DNA of 28,947 bases from an uncultured bacterium (lineage in GTDB: Bacteria > Auribacterota > Erginobacteria > Erginobacterales > Erginobacteraceae). Of this stretch, positions 1 through 8,650 are shown one piece after another. The notes under the pieces were generated by a model that was not told the DNA's origin, did not search any database, and worked only from the letters and a program-made list of their open reading frames with translations. Position 1 is the stretch's first letter. Every line of letters starts with the position of its first letter. The stretch lies in contig CAYXKT010000018.1 of the NCBI GenBank assembly GCA_964465735.1, positions 1 to 28,947 of the forward strand, written 5' to 3'. Both the position numbers and the translations under genes were made by a program.

Positions 1-54
1 CGTTCGGACGCAAAAGATTGGTGCAGTTCGCCGCATAGAATCGCTCAATTTAGG
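1..54 (+). mobile_element. 161-bp MITE-like element, copy 1 (last 54 bp only; cut by window edge)
   Basis: Bases 1-54 are identical to the last 54 bp of the complete copy at 12371-12531 and end in the terminal repeat AATCGCTCAATTTAGG. TGTAA at 55-59 would be one half of the target duplication. Confidence 0.8.
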
Positions 55-135
55 TGTAATGAAGGAGGCGAGACGGGGCGATCCGCAGGACCGTCTGGCC
101 GCAGACCGAACCCAGTCCCGAAAACGGAGGTTATT

Positions 136-501
136 ATGATCCAGATCAAACGTGCGTACGATCCGCCCGCCAGGACGGATGGTACCCGTATCCTGGTGGA
201 GCGGCTCTGGCCGCGCGGGATCAAGAAAGAGGCCTTGAAACTCGATGACTGGTTGAAAGATACCGCGCCCAGCACGGAACTGCGGAAATGGTTCAGTCAC
301 GATCCGGCCAAGTGGACCGAGTTTCAGCGGCGCTACCGGGCTGAACTCGACCGGCATCCCGAGGCGTGGCAGCCGATCCTCGACGCGGCGAAAAAAGGCC
401 GGGTGACGCTGATTTTCAGTTCCCACGACGCTGAACACAACAATGTGGTGGCGTTAAAGGCGTACCTGAAAGGACGGTTAAAGGAGGGGGAAAAGCGCTG
501 A
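136..501 (+). CDS. yeaO: DUF488 family protein (YeaO-like)
   Basis: 121-aa ORF with GGAGG 5 nt upstream of the ATG. The sequence KRAYDPPARTDGTRILVERLWPRGIKK...STELRKWF closely follows the E. coli YeaO/DUF488 pattern as I recall it. Confidence 0.9.
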   Translation: MIQIKRAYDPPARTDGTRILVERLWPRGIKKEALKLDDWLKDTAPSTELRKWFSHDPAKWTEFQRRYRAELDRHPEAWQPILDAAKKGRVTLIFSSHDAEHNNVVALKAYLKGRLKEGEKR

Positions 502-508
502 TCCCCTT

Positions 509-649
509 TCAACCAAAGACCACCGCCGCAGAATAGAGATATGCCACCGAGACCGCCAGGCCGATCAGGGTCGTCATCCCCGGAGATTTCTTCTTCAGTT
601 GGGAGTGAAGTCCGGATAAAAACGCCCGCCCTCCGTAGAAATAATAAAA
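509..649 (-). pseudogene. Relic of a heavy-metal (P1B-type) ATPase, about 46 codons
   Basis: The tail of ORF 509..769 reads FYYFYGGRAFLSGLHSQLKKKSPGMTTLIGLAVSVAYLYSAAVVFG*. This matches the CopA-type segment F-x-G-x-x-F...L-x(5)-M-D-x-L-x-A-L-G-x-x-A-A-Y-x-Y-S. No HMA, phosphorylation or ATP-binding domains are present, and the fragment is squeezed between two intact genes. Confidence 0.5.
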
Positions 650-686
650 GTCGCGAGCGCGAGATCTTTTTTCTCCCCGTCTGGGC

Positions 687-2066
687 CTAACTTTCCTCGC
701 CCTTCCGGATCGGGCAGCCGATCTCGGAGCAGGCTTGCATCGATCCCAGGCAGGACTCGACCCGGTCAAATCCGTTTATCTTCAGCAGGGAAGCGGCGAT
801 GATCGCCCGCCGCCCATTGCCGCAGAAAGTAATCAGAGGCCGTTCTTTAGGGATCTTTTTTAAGTGTTGGGGCAGCTCACCTAAGTAGATCGAAATTGCT
901 CCCGGCAGATGGCCGGAGAGGAACTCCTCCCGGGATCGGACATCGAGCAGGGTGAAGCTGTCTTTCCGGGTGATCTTCTCGACGATCTCGGCGGCGTGAA
1001 CTGTCGGGATCCGGTCGTATCTCCGCCCGCTGGACTCCCAGTAAAGGAGGCCGGGGGCGAGAAAGAACGGGATGTCTTCATACCCCATTCGGAAGAGGTG
1101 GCGTCCGGCGATCCGGGCTGCCCGCCCCTCCTCGGCCACCAGACCGATCGGGCGGTCGTAGGAAAGAAACCAGCCGGCGAACTGGGCGATCATCTCCAGG
1201 GGGATGGCCAGGCTGCCGGGGATGAAGGCCCCGGAGATCGCTTCCGGACTTCGCAGATCGACGATCACCATCCCCCGGGCCGCCTCGGCGGCGAATTCCT
1301 CGGCCCCGGCCGCTGCCGGTCGGACCGGCCACCACGGCGCGGCGGTTCCTTCCAGGTTGAGAAGTTCCATCCGCTGAAAGTACGGGGGGTGGTAATGAAA
1401 TTCGTTGGCCTTGCGGGCGATAAACTCGTCTCGTCCCTTAACTTGCAGGCTCGGATTATAAAGCCGTTCCAGGCCGATGGTGGAGAACTCCCGGGGTGAA
1501 AGGGAGGCGCCGCAGGCCGAACCGGCGCTGTGGGCGGGATAAATAATGGTGGAGTCGCCCAGGGGCAGGAGCTGATTAAAGATACTCTCGTAGAGCAGCC
1601 CGGCGAGTTCCTCGCGCCGGTGAGGCAGTAAATCGGTCCGACCGGTCGCCCCGACAAAGAGGGTGTCGCCGGTAAAGACCGCCACCGGGGAAGCGCCCGC
1701 CCCCCGTTCATAGAGGACGATTGAGATCGATTCGTCGGTATGGCCCGGGGTCTCTAAAATCTTCAGGGTGAGATCGCCGAACGAGAACTCATCCTCTTCG
1801 GTGACCGCCTCGCCATAGGCAAACGGGAGGGCCGCTCCGTGCCGGATCGGCGCCCCGGTTTGTCCGGCCAGTTCGACCGCTCCGCTGACGTAATCTTCGT
1901 TACGGTGAGTCTCGAAAATCTCGGTGATCCGGCAACTCTCCCGTTCGGCGATTGACCGGTAGATGGAGCAGTCCCTCCTGGGATCGATCACCGCCGCCTT
2001 CCCCTCGTCGCCAAAGATATAGGAGAGATGGGCCAGGCCTTCGGTCCGGATTTTTTCCAGAAACAT
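687..2066 (-). CDS. MBL-fold metallo-hydrolase fused to tandem rhodanese domains (persulfide-dioxygenase-like / sulfurtransferase)
   Basis: ORF 687..2099 trimmed to the ATG at 2066, which follows AGGAGG by 6 nt. The N-terminal beta-lactamase fold has ETHRNEDYVSG and TPGHTDES. The C-terminus has two rhodanese-like domains, the last with the active-site loop FCGNGRRA. Confidence 0.9.
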   Translation of the reverse strand: MFLEKIRTEGLAHLSYIFGDEGKAAVIDPRRDCSIYRSIAERESCRITEIFETHRNEDYVSGAVELAGQTGAPIRHGAALPFAYGEAVTEEDEFSFGDLTLKILETPGHTDESISIVLYERGAGASPVAVFTGDTLFVGATGRTDLLPHRREELAGLLYESIFNQLLPLGDSTIIYPAHSAGSACGASLSPREFSTIGLERLYNPSLQVKGRDEFIARKANEFHYHPPYFQRMELLNLEGTAAPWWPVRPAAAGAEEFAAEAARGMVIVDLRSPEAISGAFIPGSLAIPLEMIAQFAGWFLSYDRPIGLVAEEGRAARIAGRHLFRMGYEDIPFFLAPGLLYWESSGRRYDRIPTVHAAEIVEKITRKDSFTLLDVRSREEFLSGHLPGAISIYLGELPQHLKKIPKERPLITFCGNGRRAIIAASLLKINGFDRVESCLGSMQACSEIGCPIRKGEES

Positions 2067-2213
2067 CAGCTGCCTCCTGGTTCCCGGGCTTTCCCGCACC
2101 GGGAATGTTTATCGGTTAGCAACACTTTAGCCTTCTAAAAACGTTATTGATTGTCATCGCGATCCGGATTTTCTATCCGGTTTCTCGCGGATCCGGCTGC
2201 GGACGAATGCCTT

Positions 2214-2248
2214 GTCTCATAGTAGATGAGACTGGCATCTGATATAAT
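2214..2248 (+). promoter_or_regulatory. Palindrome GTCTCAT-N5-ATGAGAC followed 7 nt later by the extended -10 TGATATAAT (orphan copy)
   Basis: gtctcatagtagatgagactggcatctgatataat. This is a near-duplicate, in inverted orientation, of the module at 5508-5542 upstream of OFOR. No plus-strand gene follows it. Confidence 0.4.
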
Positions 2249-2400
2249 GTGTAAATCGCGCTACTGAAATTACGCTGGCTCCCAAGGGAAATACTGTCTC
2301 GGATTATGATCTGGCCCTCCTTTGTCGGCGCTCATTTTTTTTGCACCAGGTCAAAACCGAATCTCCAATTGAGATTGTCCTTGAGTTGAATATATTGATA

Positions 2401-2561
2401 CCTAAATTGAGCGATTCTATGCGGCGAACTGCACCAATCTTTTGCGTCCGAACGGATATTGAAAATCCTCGCCATATCTCCTGGATATGGCTGCGGTTTT
2501 CGCAACCCGTCGGCCGGCAAAATCTTAGCACATTTCATCCGCGATAATCGCTCAACTTAGG
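2401..2561 (-). mobile_element. 161-bp MITE-like element, copy 2
   Basis: Termini are CCTAAATTGAGCGATT ... AATCGCTCAACTTAGG. It is flanked by the 5-bp direct repeat TGATA (2396-2400 and 2562-2566). One SNP against the consensus (G at 2543). Confidence 0.9.
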
Positions 2562-2580
2562 TGATATACTTTTTTAGTGA

Positions 2581-2622
2581 GTCTCATTGAAGCTGAAACG
2601 CCAGTCTCATTGAAGATGAAAC
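2581..2622 (+). repeat. Two tandem degenerate copies of the GTCTCAT-N5-ATGAGAC palindrome
   Basis: gtctcattgaagctgaaac (2581-2599) and gtctcattgaagatgaaac (2604-2622). The segment gccagtctcattgaagatgaaacgcgac resembles gccggtctcatcgactatgagacgcgac at 5520-5547. Both lie just to the right of a MITE copy. Confidence 0.4.
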
Positions 2623-2648
2623 GCGACCGACGAAAAACGGAAGACGGA

Positions 2649-3515
2649 TCAGATCCGTAAGCCGGCAAAGAGCTGGACCAGACGATCCCGATCGAACTTC
2701 CTTTGGTAGAGCGGTTTGCCTTCCGCGGGGAGATCTTCACCGAGAGTCTTTTCAAACGTGGTTTTCTCCGGGCCGCGGTAGAGGATGCCCAGGGGATATT
2801 TCTCAGTTTCGATCGCCCGGGCAAAGGCCGCCCTCCGGTCCGAAGGGTTGTGATCATCCTCCAGGTAATAGCTGTTCTCCTGGAACCAGTCATAGGTATT
2901 TACCCGGTTGAAGGTTACGCAGGGTTGGAAGATATCCACCAGGGCGAAACCCCGATGCCGGATGGCCTGCTTCAGGATCTCTCCAGTCTGGGCGAAATTT
3001 TTGATATAGGCTCGAGCGACAAAGGAAGCGTTGAGGGCGATCGCCACTGCCAGGGGGTTGAAGGGCTCCTGGGTTACTCCGTCGGTGTCGATCGGGGTGC
3101 GGAATCCGGGGAGACTGGTCGGTGAGGCCTGACCCTTGGTCAGACCGTAGATCATATTGTTGTGGACAATGCAGGTGATATCCGGATTTCTCCGGATACT
3201 ATGAATGAAATGATTTCCTCCCTCCCCGTACATACAGCCGTCGCCGCTTTCGGCGATCACGGTCAGTTCCGGGTTGGCCGCCTTGATCGCGGTGGCCGCC
3301 GGGAGCGCGCGGCCGTGGAGGCCGTTGAAAAAATTGGTTTTCAGGTACTGAGGGGTCTTGGCCGCCTGTCCGATCCCGGAGACCATCACCAGTTTTTCCG
3401 GGACGATCTCCAGTTCGGCCAGCGATTTTTTTAAGATATTCAGAATCCCGAAATTCCCGCAGCCGGGGCACCAGGCGATCTCGGCGTTTTCCAAATTGAA
3501 GGGGTTTTTATTCAT
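2649..3515 (-). CDS. 2-oxoacid:ferredoxin oxidoreductase, beta (TPP-binding) subunit
   Basis: 288 aa with an N-terminal WCPGCGNFG and the TPP motif [13 protein letters not shown]. Its start overlaps the stop of the upstream alpha gene by 8 nt. Confidence 0.9.
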   Translation of the reverse strand: MNKNPFNLENAEIAWCPGCGNFGILNILKKSLAELEIVPEKLVMVSGIGQAAKTPQYLKTNFFNGLHGRALPAATAIKAANPELTVIAESGDGCMYGEGGNHFIHSIRRNPDITCIVHNNMIYGLTKGQASPTSLPGFRTPIDTDGVTQEPFNPLAVAIALNASFVARAYIKNFAQTGEILKQAIRHRGFALVDIFQPCVTFNRVNTYDWFQENSYYLEDDHNPSDRRAAFARAIETEKYPLGILYRGPEKTTFEKTLGEDLPAEGKPLYQRKFDRDRLVQLFAGLRI

Positions 3516-5217
3516 TGTCGGCCTCCTGATTTAAAGCTTGGCTGATCTCTTCCCGGCTGAAGGGAAGTCCGTCATATTTGTTGACTCCGGTCAGGTTCTC
3601 CGGACCGAAGGTCATCTTCAGCAGCCGGGCGAACTGGCCGGAGAGGTTATTTTCGATGACGATGATCCTTTCCGCCCGCTGGAGATATTCCGCGGTCTTC
3701 GGATGGAGGGGATAAACCTGGCGGAAGTGGAGTCCGCCGATCCCTTTTTCACTTCTCTTCTCCAGGCACTCCCGGATGACGGGATAAGTGGAGCCCCAGC
3801 CGATGACCAGGGTTCGATAGTCCCGGTCCCCGAAAAATTTCGGCTCCAGCGCCTCTCGTGTCAGGAGGGCGAGTTTTTCCTGCCGCTTGTCGGCCATCTC
3901 TACCCGGCAGGAGAAACTCTCGGTGATCCGTCCGGACCGATCGTGTTCGTCGCTGTCCACCGCCACTGTCCCCCGGCCCCAGCCGGGGATGCCCCGGGGG
4001 GAAACCCCGTCTTCGCCGGGTTCGTAGCGCCGGTAGTCCGGGCCTGTCTCGACAATCCGGTTCCCCGGATCTTCCTCGGGGATCTCGGGCTGGGGGAGAT
4101 TGTAAGCGGAGTCGAGCAGGTACTGATCGGTGAGGACGATTACCGGGACCTGGCAGCGATCAGCGAGGAGAAAAGCTTGGCGGGTGAGAAAGAAGCATTC
4201 CTCGATTGTCCCCGGGGCGAAGATCGCCCGGGGAAATTCGCCGTGTCCGGCGAAGAGGGAGTGGAGCAGATCGCCTTGTTCGGTCCGGGTGGGCAGCCCG
4301 GTGGCCGGTCCGGGGCGCTGTCCGAGGTGGATGACCAGCGGTGTCTCGATCATCCCGGCCAGGCTCAACCCCTCGTTCATCAGGGCGAAGCCGCCGCCCG
4401 AGGTGGTTACCAACCCCCTCCCTCCGGCGTACCAGGCGCCCAGGGCCATATTGACCGCCGAGATCTCGTCCTCGGCCTGGATCACCTCGATATTGAAGTC
4501 AGATGACTTACCGGCCAGAAAGACCCCGACCCCGGTGGCCGGGGACATCGGGTAGAAGGAGAGGAAGTTGCAGCCCCCGGCGATCGCCCCCAGGGCCACA
4601 CCCTGGGTGCCGTTTAAAAAGACTTCACCCGCTTTATCCCCGGGGCTTATCTGCGGGAAGGTCAACCCCTTCTCCCGGGCGATCTCCCGACCTCTTTGCC
4701 GGCCGCGCCGGAAAGCCCGGAGGTTGTTCTCCTGGATCTCTGTGCCGAAACGGGAAAAATAGCTCTCGACGATCGTCTCCGCCGCCGCCTCTTCCAGGCC
4801 CAGAACCCCGGCAATCGCCCCGACCGAGACGGTATTGGCGTAAACCGCGCCGCCCAGTTCTTCGGCGATCTTCTGCCAGGAGACCGAGGCGAAGTTCTCC
4901 CGTTCCCGGTCCTCGTCGCGGACTGTCTTTTCATCGCTGAGGATCAGGGTTTCGGCTTCTACCCGGTCGCCGATATGGGCCACTCCGCCGGCGTGAAGTG
5001 AGACCAGGATATCCACCCGACGGCTGAAGCTTCTCACCCGCGAGGAGGAGATCCGGATCGCGGTCGAGTTCATCCCGCCCCGGATCCGGGACATTAATTC
5101 CTGGGTGGTGAAGACATTGTACCCGCCACCGGTAAATATCCGGGCCAGAACCCCCTCCAGGGTATTAATCCCCTGGCCGGCTTGACCGCAGATCACTATT
5201 GTCACATCTTCATTCAT
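3508..5217 (-). CDS. 2-oxoacid:ferredoxin oxidoreductase, fused gamma/alpha subunit
   Basis: ORF 3508..5253 trimmed to the ATG at 5217, with GGAGGG 6 nt upstream. It has an N-terminal gamma-type domain ([15 protein letters not shown]) and an alpha domain ([14 protein letters not shown]). No delta/ferredoxin subunit gene is adjacent. Confidence 0.9.
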   Translation of the reverse strand: MNEDVTIVICGQAGQGINTLEGVLARIFTGGGYNVFTTQELMSRIRGGMNSTAIRISSSRVRSFSRRVDILVSLHAGGVAHIGDRVEAETLILSDEKTVRDEDRERENFASVSWQKIAEELGGAVYANTVSVGAIAGVLGLEEAAAETIVESYFSRFGTEIQENNLRAFRRGRQRGREIAREKGLTFPQISPGDKAGEVFLNGTQGVALGAIAGGCNFLSFYPMSPATGVGVFLAGKSSDFNIEVIQAEDEISAVNMALGAWYAGGRGLVTTSGGGFALMNEGLSLAGMIETPLVIHLGQRPGPATGLPTRTEQGDLLHSLFAGHGEFPRAIFAPGTIEECFFLTRQAFLLADRCQVPVIVLTDQYLLDSAYNLPQPEIPEEDPGNRIVETGPDYRRYEPGEDGVSPRGIPGWGRGTVAVDSDEHDRSGRITESFSCRVEMADKRQEKLALLTREALEPKFFGDRDYRTLVIGWGSTYPVIRECLEKRSEKGIGGLHFRQVYPLHPKTAEYLQRAERIIVIENNLSGQFARLLKMTFGPENLTGVNKYDGLPFSREEISQALNQEADNE

Positions 5218-5340
5218 AATTGTCCCTCCGATCGGAAAAGTGAGTTCTGTCAAAAATGATAACCACCGAGAATACAGAGCGTATTACAATAAAAGGGCTT
5301 AAATAAAATGACTCTTTCTCCCCCTCAATGTTCTCTTAAA
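5218..5340 (-). promoter_or_regulatory. Paralogous 5'-leader cassette (OFOR copy)
   Basis: Minus-strand reading. TAAGAGAACATTGAGGGGGAGAAAGAGTCATTTTATTTAA (5338->5299) is 40/40 identical to 12316-12355. It is followed by ...TTTTGACAGAAC (5255->5244), then GGAGGG and the ATG at 5217. Overall 83/95 nt identical, with equal length, to the FDP leader once the MITE is removed. Confidence 0.5.
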
Positions 5341-5501
5341 CCTAAATTGAGCGATTCTATGCGGCGAACTGCACCAATCTTTTGCGTCCGAACGGATATT
5401 GAAAATCCTCGCCATATCTCCTGGATATGGCTGCGGTTTTCGCAACCCGTCGGCCGGCAAAATCTTAGCACATTTCATCCGCAATAATCGCTCAACTTAG
5501 G
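5341..5501 (-). mobile_element. 161-bp MITE-like element, copy 3
   Basis: Identical to the consensus. It is flanked by TTAAA (5336-5340) and TTACA (5502-5506), a 4/5 direct repeat. It sits between the -10 box and the leader of the OFOR operon. Confidence 0.9.
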
Positions 5502-5507
5502 TTACAC

Positions 5508-5542
5508 ATTATATCAGATGCCGGTCTCATCGACTATGAGAC
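5508..5542 (-). promoter_or_regulatory. Candidate OFOR promoter/operator: GTCTCAT-N5-ATGAGAC palindrome plus extended -10 TGATATAAT
   Basis: The minus strand reads gtctcatagtcgatgagaccggcatcTGaTATAATg. TGnTATAAT is a textbook extended -10, and the 7-5-7 perfect palindrome covers the -35 region. Confidence 0.5.
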
Positions 5543-5773
5543 GCGACACCTGGCGATGACCTGATCTTCGCGGTTTATCGATCAGACACTATTTAAGCGG
5601 ATGGCACGAGAAATTCCAACCGGCTGACTCCCCCTTTTTCTGACTTTATTCCACTTGCGGTTTCTCCCCAATCCATCTATACTGATTGATACAGTCATCT
5701 TAACTGTCTTTCGTTATCAAGTCCCGGGGTTTCGGTCTTTAACCCGGGTGAATATAATCCGGGAGCGATCGAG

Positions 5774-6499
5774 ATGCCCTACAATATTCTGCTGGTCGAT
5801 GACGACTCCGATTTTCGTGAAGAGTTCAAGGATTACTTCCGGGGTTATCGGGTTATCGGGGTGGGCCGGGGCGATCAGGCCTTACTCGAGCTGGAGAAGC
5901 CCAATGAGATTGACCTGGTAGTCCTCGATGTCCGGCTGCCGGAATCCTCGGGGACCGAGATCCTCCAGCGGATCAAGCGATCCTGGCCGGATCTGGGAGT
6001 GATCATCCTCACCGGATTCGGATCGAAGAGTGTGGTGATCAACGCTCTGCAGGGGGAAGCCGACGGGTATCTGGAGAAACCGCTGGATATCGAGAAGACC
6101 GAGGCGGCGATTGAGAAGGTCCTCCGGCGGTCCCGCTGGCCGGCGGGGATTGAGGCGGAGGATATCGAAGGGAAGATGGAACGGGTCAAAGTCTTTCTGC
6201 GCAGGAACGTCCACAAAAAGGTTACCCTCCAGGCGGCGGCCGCGGTAGTGGCTCTCAGCCCGAAGTACTTGAGCCGGATCTTTCGGGAAGTTACCGGCAG
6301 GAAGTTCAACCGGTACAAGCTGGAGCTGAAGATCGAGCAGGCGAAGGAATGGCTGGCCGAAACCGGGCACAGCGTGGATATGATCGCCTACTCCCTCGGC
6401 TACCTCAACGCGGAGTCCTTTATCCGGATCTTCAAGAAATTCACCGGGCAGACCCCCACCGCTTACCGGAAATCCGTCTCCCGGCGGAGGTCCAAGTGA
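5774..6499 (+). CDS. Response regulator, REC domain + AraC-type HTH output
   Basis: 241 aa. The receiver has LLVDDD, LVVLDVRLP and EKPLD. The C-terminus has the AraC signature (LSPKYLSRIFREVTG...AYSLGYLNAESFIRIFKKFTGQTPTAYR). Confidence 0.9.
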   Translation: MPYNILLVDDDSDFREEFKDYFRGYRVIGVGRGDQALLELEKPNEIDLVVLDVRLPESSGTEILQRIKRSWPDLGVIILTGFGSKSVVINALQGEADGYLEKPLDIEKTEAAIEKVLRRSRWPAGIEAEDIEGKMERVKVFLRRNVHKKVTLQAAAAVVALSPKYLSRIFREVTGRKFNRYKLELKIEQAKEWLAETGHSVDMIAYSLGYLNAESFIRIFKKFTGQTPTAYRKSVSRRRSK

Positions 6500-8109
6500 G
6501 CGGACAGAGATCTTCCGACCAGCCGGACTCCGCTGATCTTCCCCGGAGGAAGGTCGCGGGACCGGGGCGGCGCGACGGCCACCGGCTGGCCGGGACTCCG
6601 GTGGCGAATCCGGCCAGTCAGGACAAAGAACTCGAACGTTTGAGGCGGGTTCTCGACTCGATGGTGGACCTGGTCTATGTGACCGACTCCAGCTGCCGGA
6701 TTGAATATATCAATCCGGCGATGCGCCGGGCCTTTGGTCCGATCCGGGGGAGAAAATGCTTTGCCTATTTACATCACCGGGACCAGCCTTGTCCCTGGTG
6801 TCGGCGGGACGAGGTCTTGCGGGGAGAGGTGATCCGCTCAGAGTGGTCTCCCCCCGCTACCGGGCGGACATACGATATCATCGAAACGGCGATCCCCAAA
6901 CCCGACGGCACCGCCTCCAAGCTGAAGATGATGCGGGATATTACCGAAAGCCGGCGCCTGAAAGATGACCTGGAACGGTTCAACGATAAACTCGAGAAGG
7001 TTGTCGTTCGTCGGACAGTGGAGCTTTCCGAGGCCAGCGAACTTCTGGAACGGTTTTTTTCCAGTATCCATTTTCTCCTCGCCTATCTGGACGCTGACTT
7101 CAACTTCCTCCGTGTCAACCCGGCTTATGCCGCGGCCTCTCGCCGTACCCCGGAATACTTTGTCGGCAAGAACCACTTCCGATTATTCCCTGACCGGGAG
7201 AACCGGGAGATCTTCGAGGAGGTGGTCCGGACCGGCCGGCCCTTTGTCGCTACTGCCCGTCCTTTTGTTTATCCCGATCATCCGGAGTGGGGTGTCACCT
7301 ATTGGGACTGGTCGCTCCGGTCGGTAAAAGAAAAATCCGGCCGGGTCGAGGCCCTGCTCCTGGTTTTATTTGACGCCACCGAACGCCGGCGGAGTGAGGA
7401 GAAAGCCGCTCGGGCCGAGAGAAAGATGGCTGATATGTCCCGGCTGGCCGAACTTGGTACCCTGTCCGCGATGGTAGCTCACGAGGTGCGCACCCCTTTA
7501 GCCGCCATCCAGATGGCCGCCCATAACCTTAGACTGAAGACCGCCGATCCCGCTCTTCTCAAGCACGTCGATTCCATCGATCGCAAGGTGGAGTTTGGCG
7601 GTCAGGTGATCGCCAACCTTCTGGAATATTCCCGGATTCAGCTTCCCGGGTATCAGCGGATCAACATCCTGCCGGTAGTACGCGACTGTATTGCCGCCTC
7701 GATCCGCCTCCATCGCCCGAAGTCAGTTTCCCTCGCCCTCGATCTCCAGGAATTGAGTAGGGTCAAAATCGATGCCGACCCCGCCCAGCTCCGCCAGATC
7801 TTCAATAACATTATGAATAACGCGATCGAGGCCGGCAGGGAAAACGACTGTCAGGTTAGAGTCCAGGCTCGGATAACCCAGGATCAGTCTGTCATCTTCC
7901 GGTTTTGGAACAACGGTCCACCGATCCCCGAGGAGAACCGGGAGTCGGTTTTTATCCCCTTCTACAGTGCCAAGCCGGATGGGATCGGGCTCGGTCTGCC
8001 GATCTGCCGGGAACTGGTCCGTCTCCACGAGGGGACAATCGAGATCCGGAGCGGACCGGGCCCGGGGACCGAGGTCATCATCCGACTCCCCCTGACCGCC
8101 CAGAAATGA
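6496..8109 (+). CDS. Soluble PAS-domain sensor histidine kinase
   Basis: ORF 6349..8109 trimmed to the GTG at 6496, which overlaps the regulator stop (GTGA) and has GGAGG 5 nt upstream. No TM segment. Two PAS-like regions, the H-box MVAHEVRTPLAAI, and the ATPase N/G boxes (NNIMNNAIEA, DGIGLGLPI). Confidence 0.85.
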   Translation: MSGQRSSDQPDSADLPRRKVAGPGRRDGHRLAGTPVANPASQDKELERLRRVLDSMVDLVYVTDSSCRIEYINPAMRRAFGPIRGRKCFAYLHHRDQPCPWCRRDEVLRGEVIRSEWSPPATGRTYDIIETAIPKPDGTASKLKMMRDITESRRLKDDLERFNDKLEKVVVRRTVELSEASELLERFFSSIHFLLAYLDADFNFLRVNPAYAAASRRTPEYFVGKNHFRLFPDRENREIFEEVVRTGRPFVATARPFVYPDHPEWGVTYWDWSLRSVKEKSGRVEALLLVLFDATERRRSEEKAARAERKMADMSRLAELGTLSAMVAHEVRTPLAAIQMAAHNLRLKTADPALLKHVDSIDRKVEFGGQVIANLLEYSRIQLPGYQRINILPVVRDCIAASIRLHRPKSVSLALDLQELSRVKIDADPAQLRQIFNNIMNNAIEAGRENDCQVRVQARITQDQSVIFRFWNNGPPIPEENRESVFIPFYSAKPDGIGLGLPICRELVRLHEGTIEIRSGPGPGTEVIIRLPLTAQK

Positions 8110-8244
8110 TCCACTCCTCCCGGCTGTCCGGTTTTTGGGGGAAAGTGGACTTCCGGCGTGGAGAAAAGTCAAAAGAAAGCGGAAACCGGCGGTTGTTTCC
8201 GGCATCCGTCTAAGAGAGAATCATACAACCTTTGAAAAGCCCCG

Positions 8245-8631
8245 ATGCCCAAGCGCTATAAAATTCTTCTGCTCGATGACGACGCTGATCTGGTTGAAGA
8301 ACTCTCCGACGCCCTGACCGCGGCCGGCTACGAGGTCAGGTCCTTTACCGACGGAGAGACGGCCCTGGCTGCCGCCGACGATCTGAGACCGGATATCGCC
8401 TTGATTGACCTGAAGATGAAGGGGATCAGCGGGTTCCAGGTGTCCCGGGAACTGGGCCGGAGAAAATCGACCTCGGGAATTCCGATAGTGGCGATGACCG
8501 GATACTATACCGGCCGCGAGGACGAGAAAAAGATGAAGCAGAGCGGTATCCGGGCCTGTCTGTTCAAGCCCTTCTCTTTTGAGGTGGCGGCCCGGAAGTT
8601 GAAATGTCTGCTGAAAGGATCGGGAATTTAA
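8245..8631 (+). CDS. Stand-alone CheY-like receiver protein
   Basis: 128 aa with LLLDDD, ALIDLKMKG and FKPF receiver signatures and no output domain. Confidence 0.9.
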   Translation: MPKRYKILLLDDDADLVEELSDALTAAGYEVRSFTDGETALAAADDLRPDIALIDLKMKGISGFQVSRELGRRKSTSGIPIVAMTGYYTGREDEKKMKQSGIRACLFKPFSFEVAARKLKCLLKGSGI

Positions 8632-8650
8632 TTGGGAGGTAAAAAGAGCG

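Noticed and set aside
59-139. 26-codon upstream ORF (MKEARRGDPQDRLAADRTQSRKRRLL) whose stop overlaps the yeaO ATG (ATGA).
   Set aside because: It has no proper RBS (AGGTG only 2 nt before the ATG), begins right at the MITE flank, and has an Arg-rich arbitrary composition.
2401-2561. The repeat as an IS200/IS605-type PATE or an orphan omega/bridge-RNA locus.
   Set aside because: Those elements have subterminal hairpins, insert next to a fixed tetra- or pentanucleotide and make no duplication. Here the ends are true inverted repeats and the flanking 5-mers differ between copies but match within a copy. No TnpB, IscB or IS110 gene is nearby.
3538-4506. Long antisense ORFs: 3538-4506, 9155-9805, 10563-11225, 13833-15020, 20366-21625, 22689-23273 and 24075-25031.
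   Set aside because: Each lies opposite a gene with clear family motifs or host-like codon usage. Their translations are Arg/Gly/Pro-rich and low in complexity, which is typical of shadow ORFs in GC-rich DNA.
5603-5618. Sigma-54-like promoter TGGCACGagaaATTCC upstream of the response-regulator gene.
   Set aside because: The -24 element is perfect, but the -12 element (TTGC) is replaced by ATTC. No enhancer-binding protein gene is in the window.
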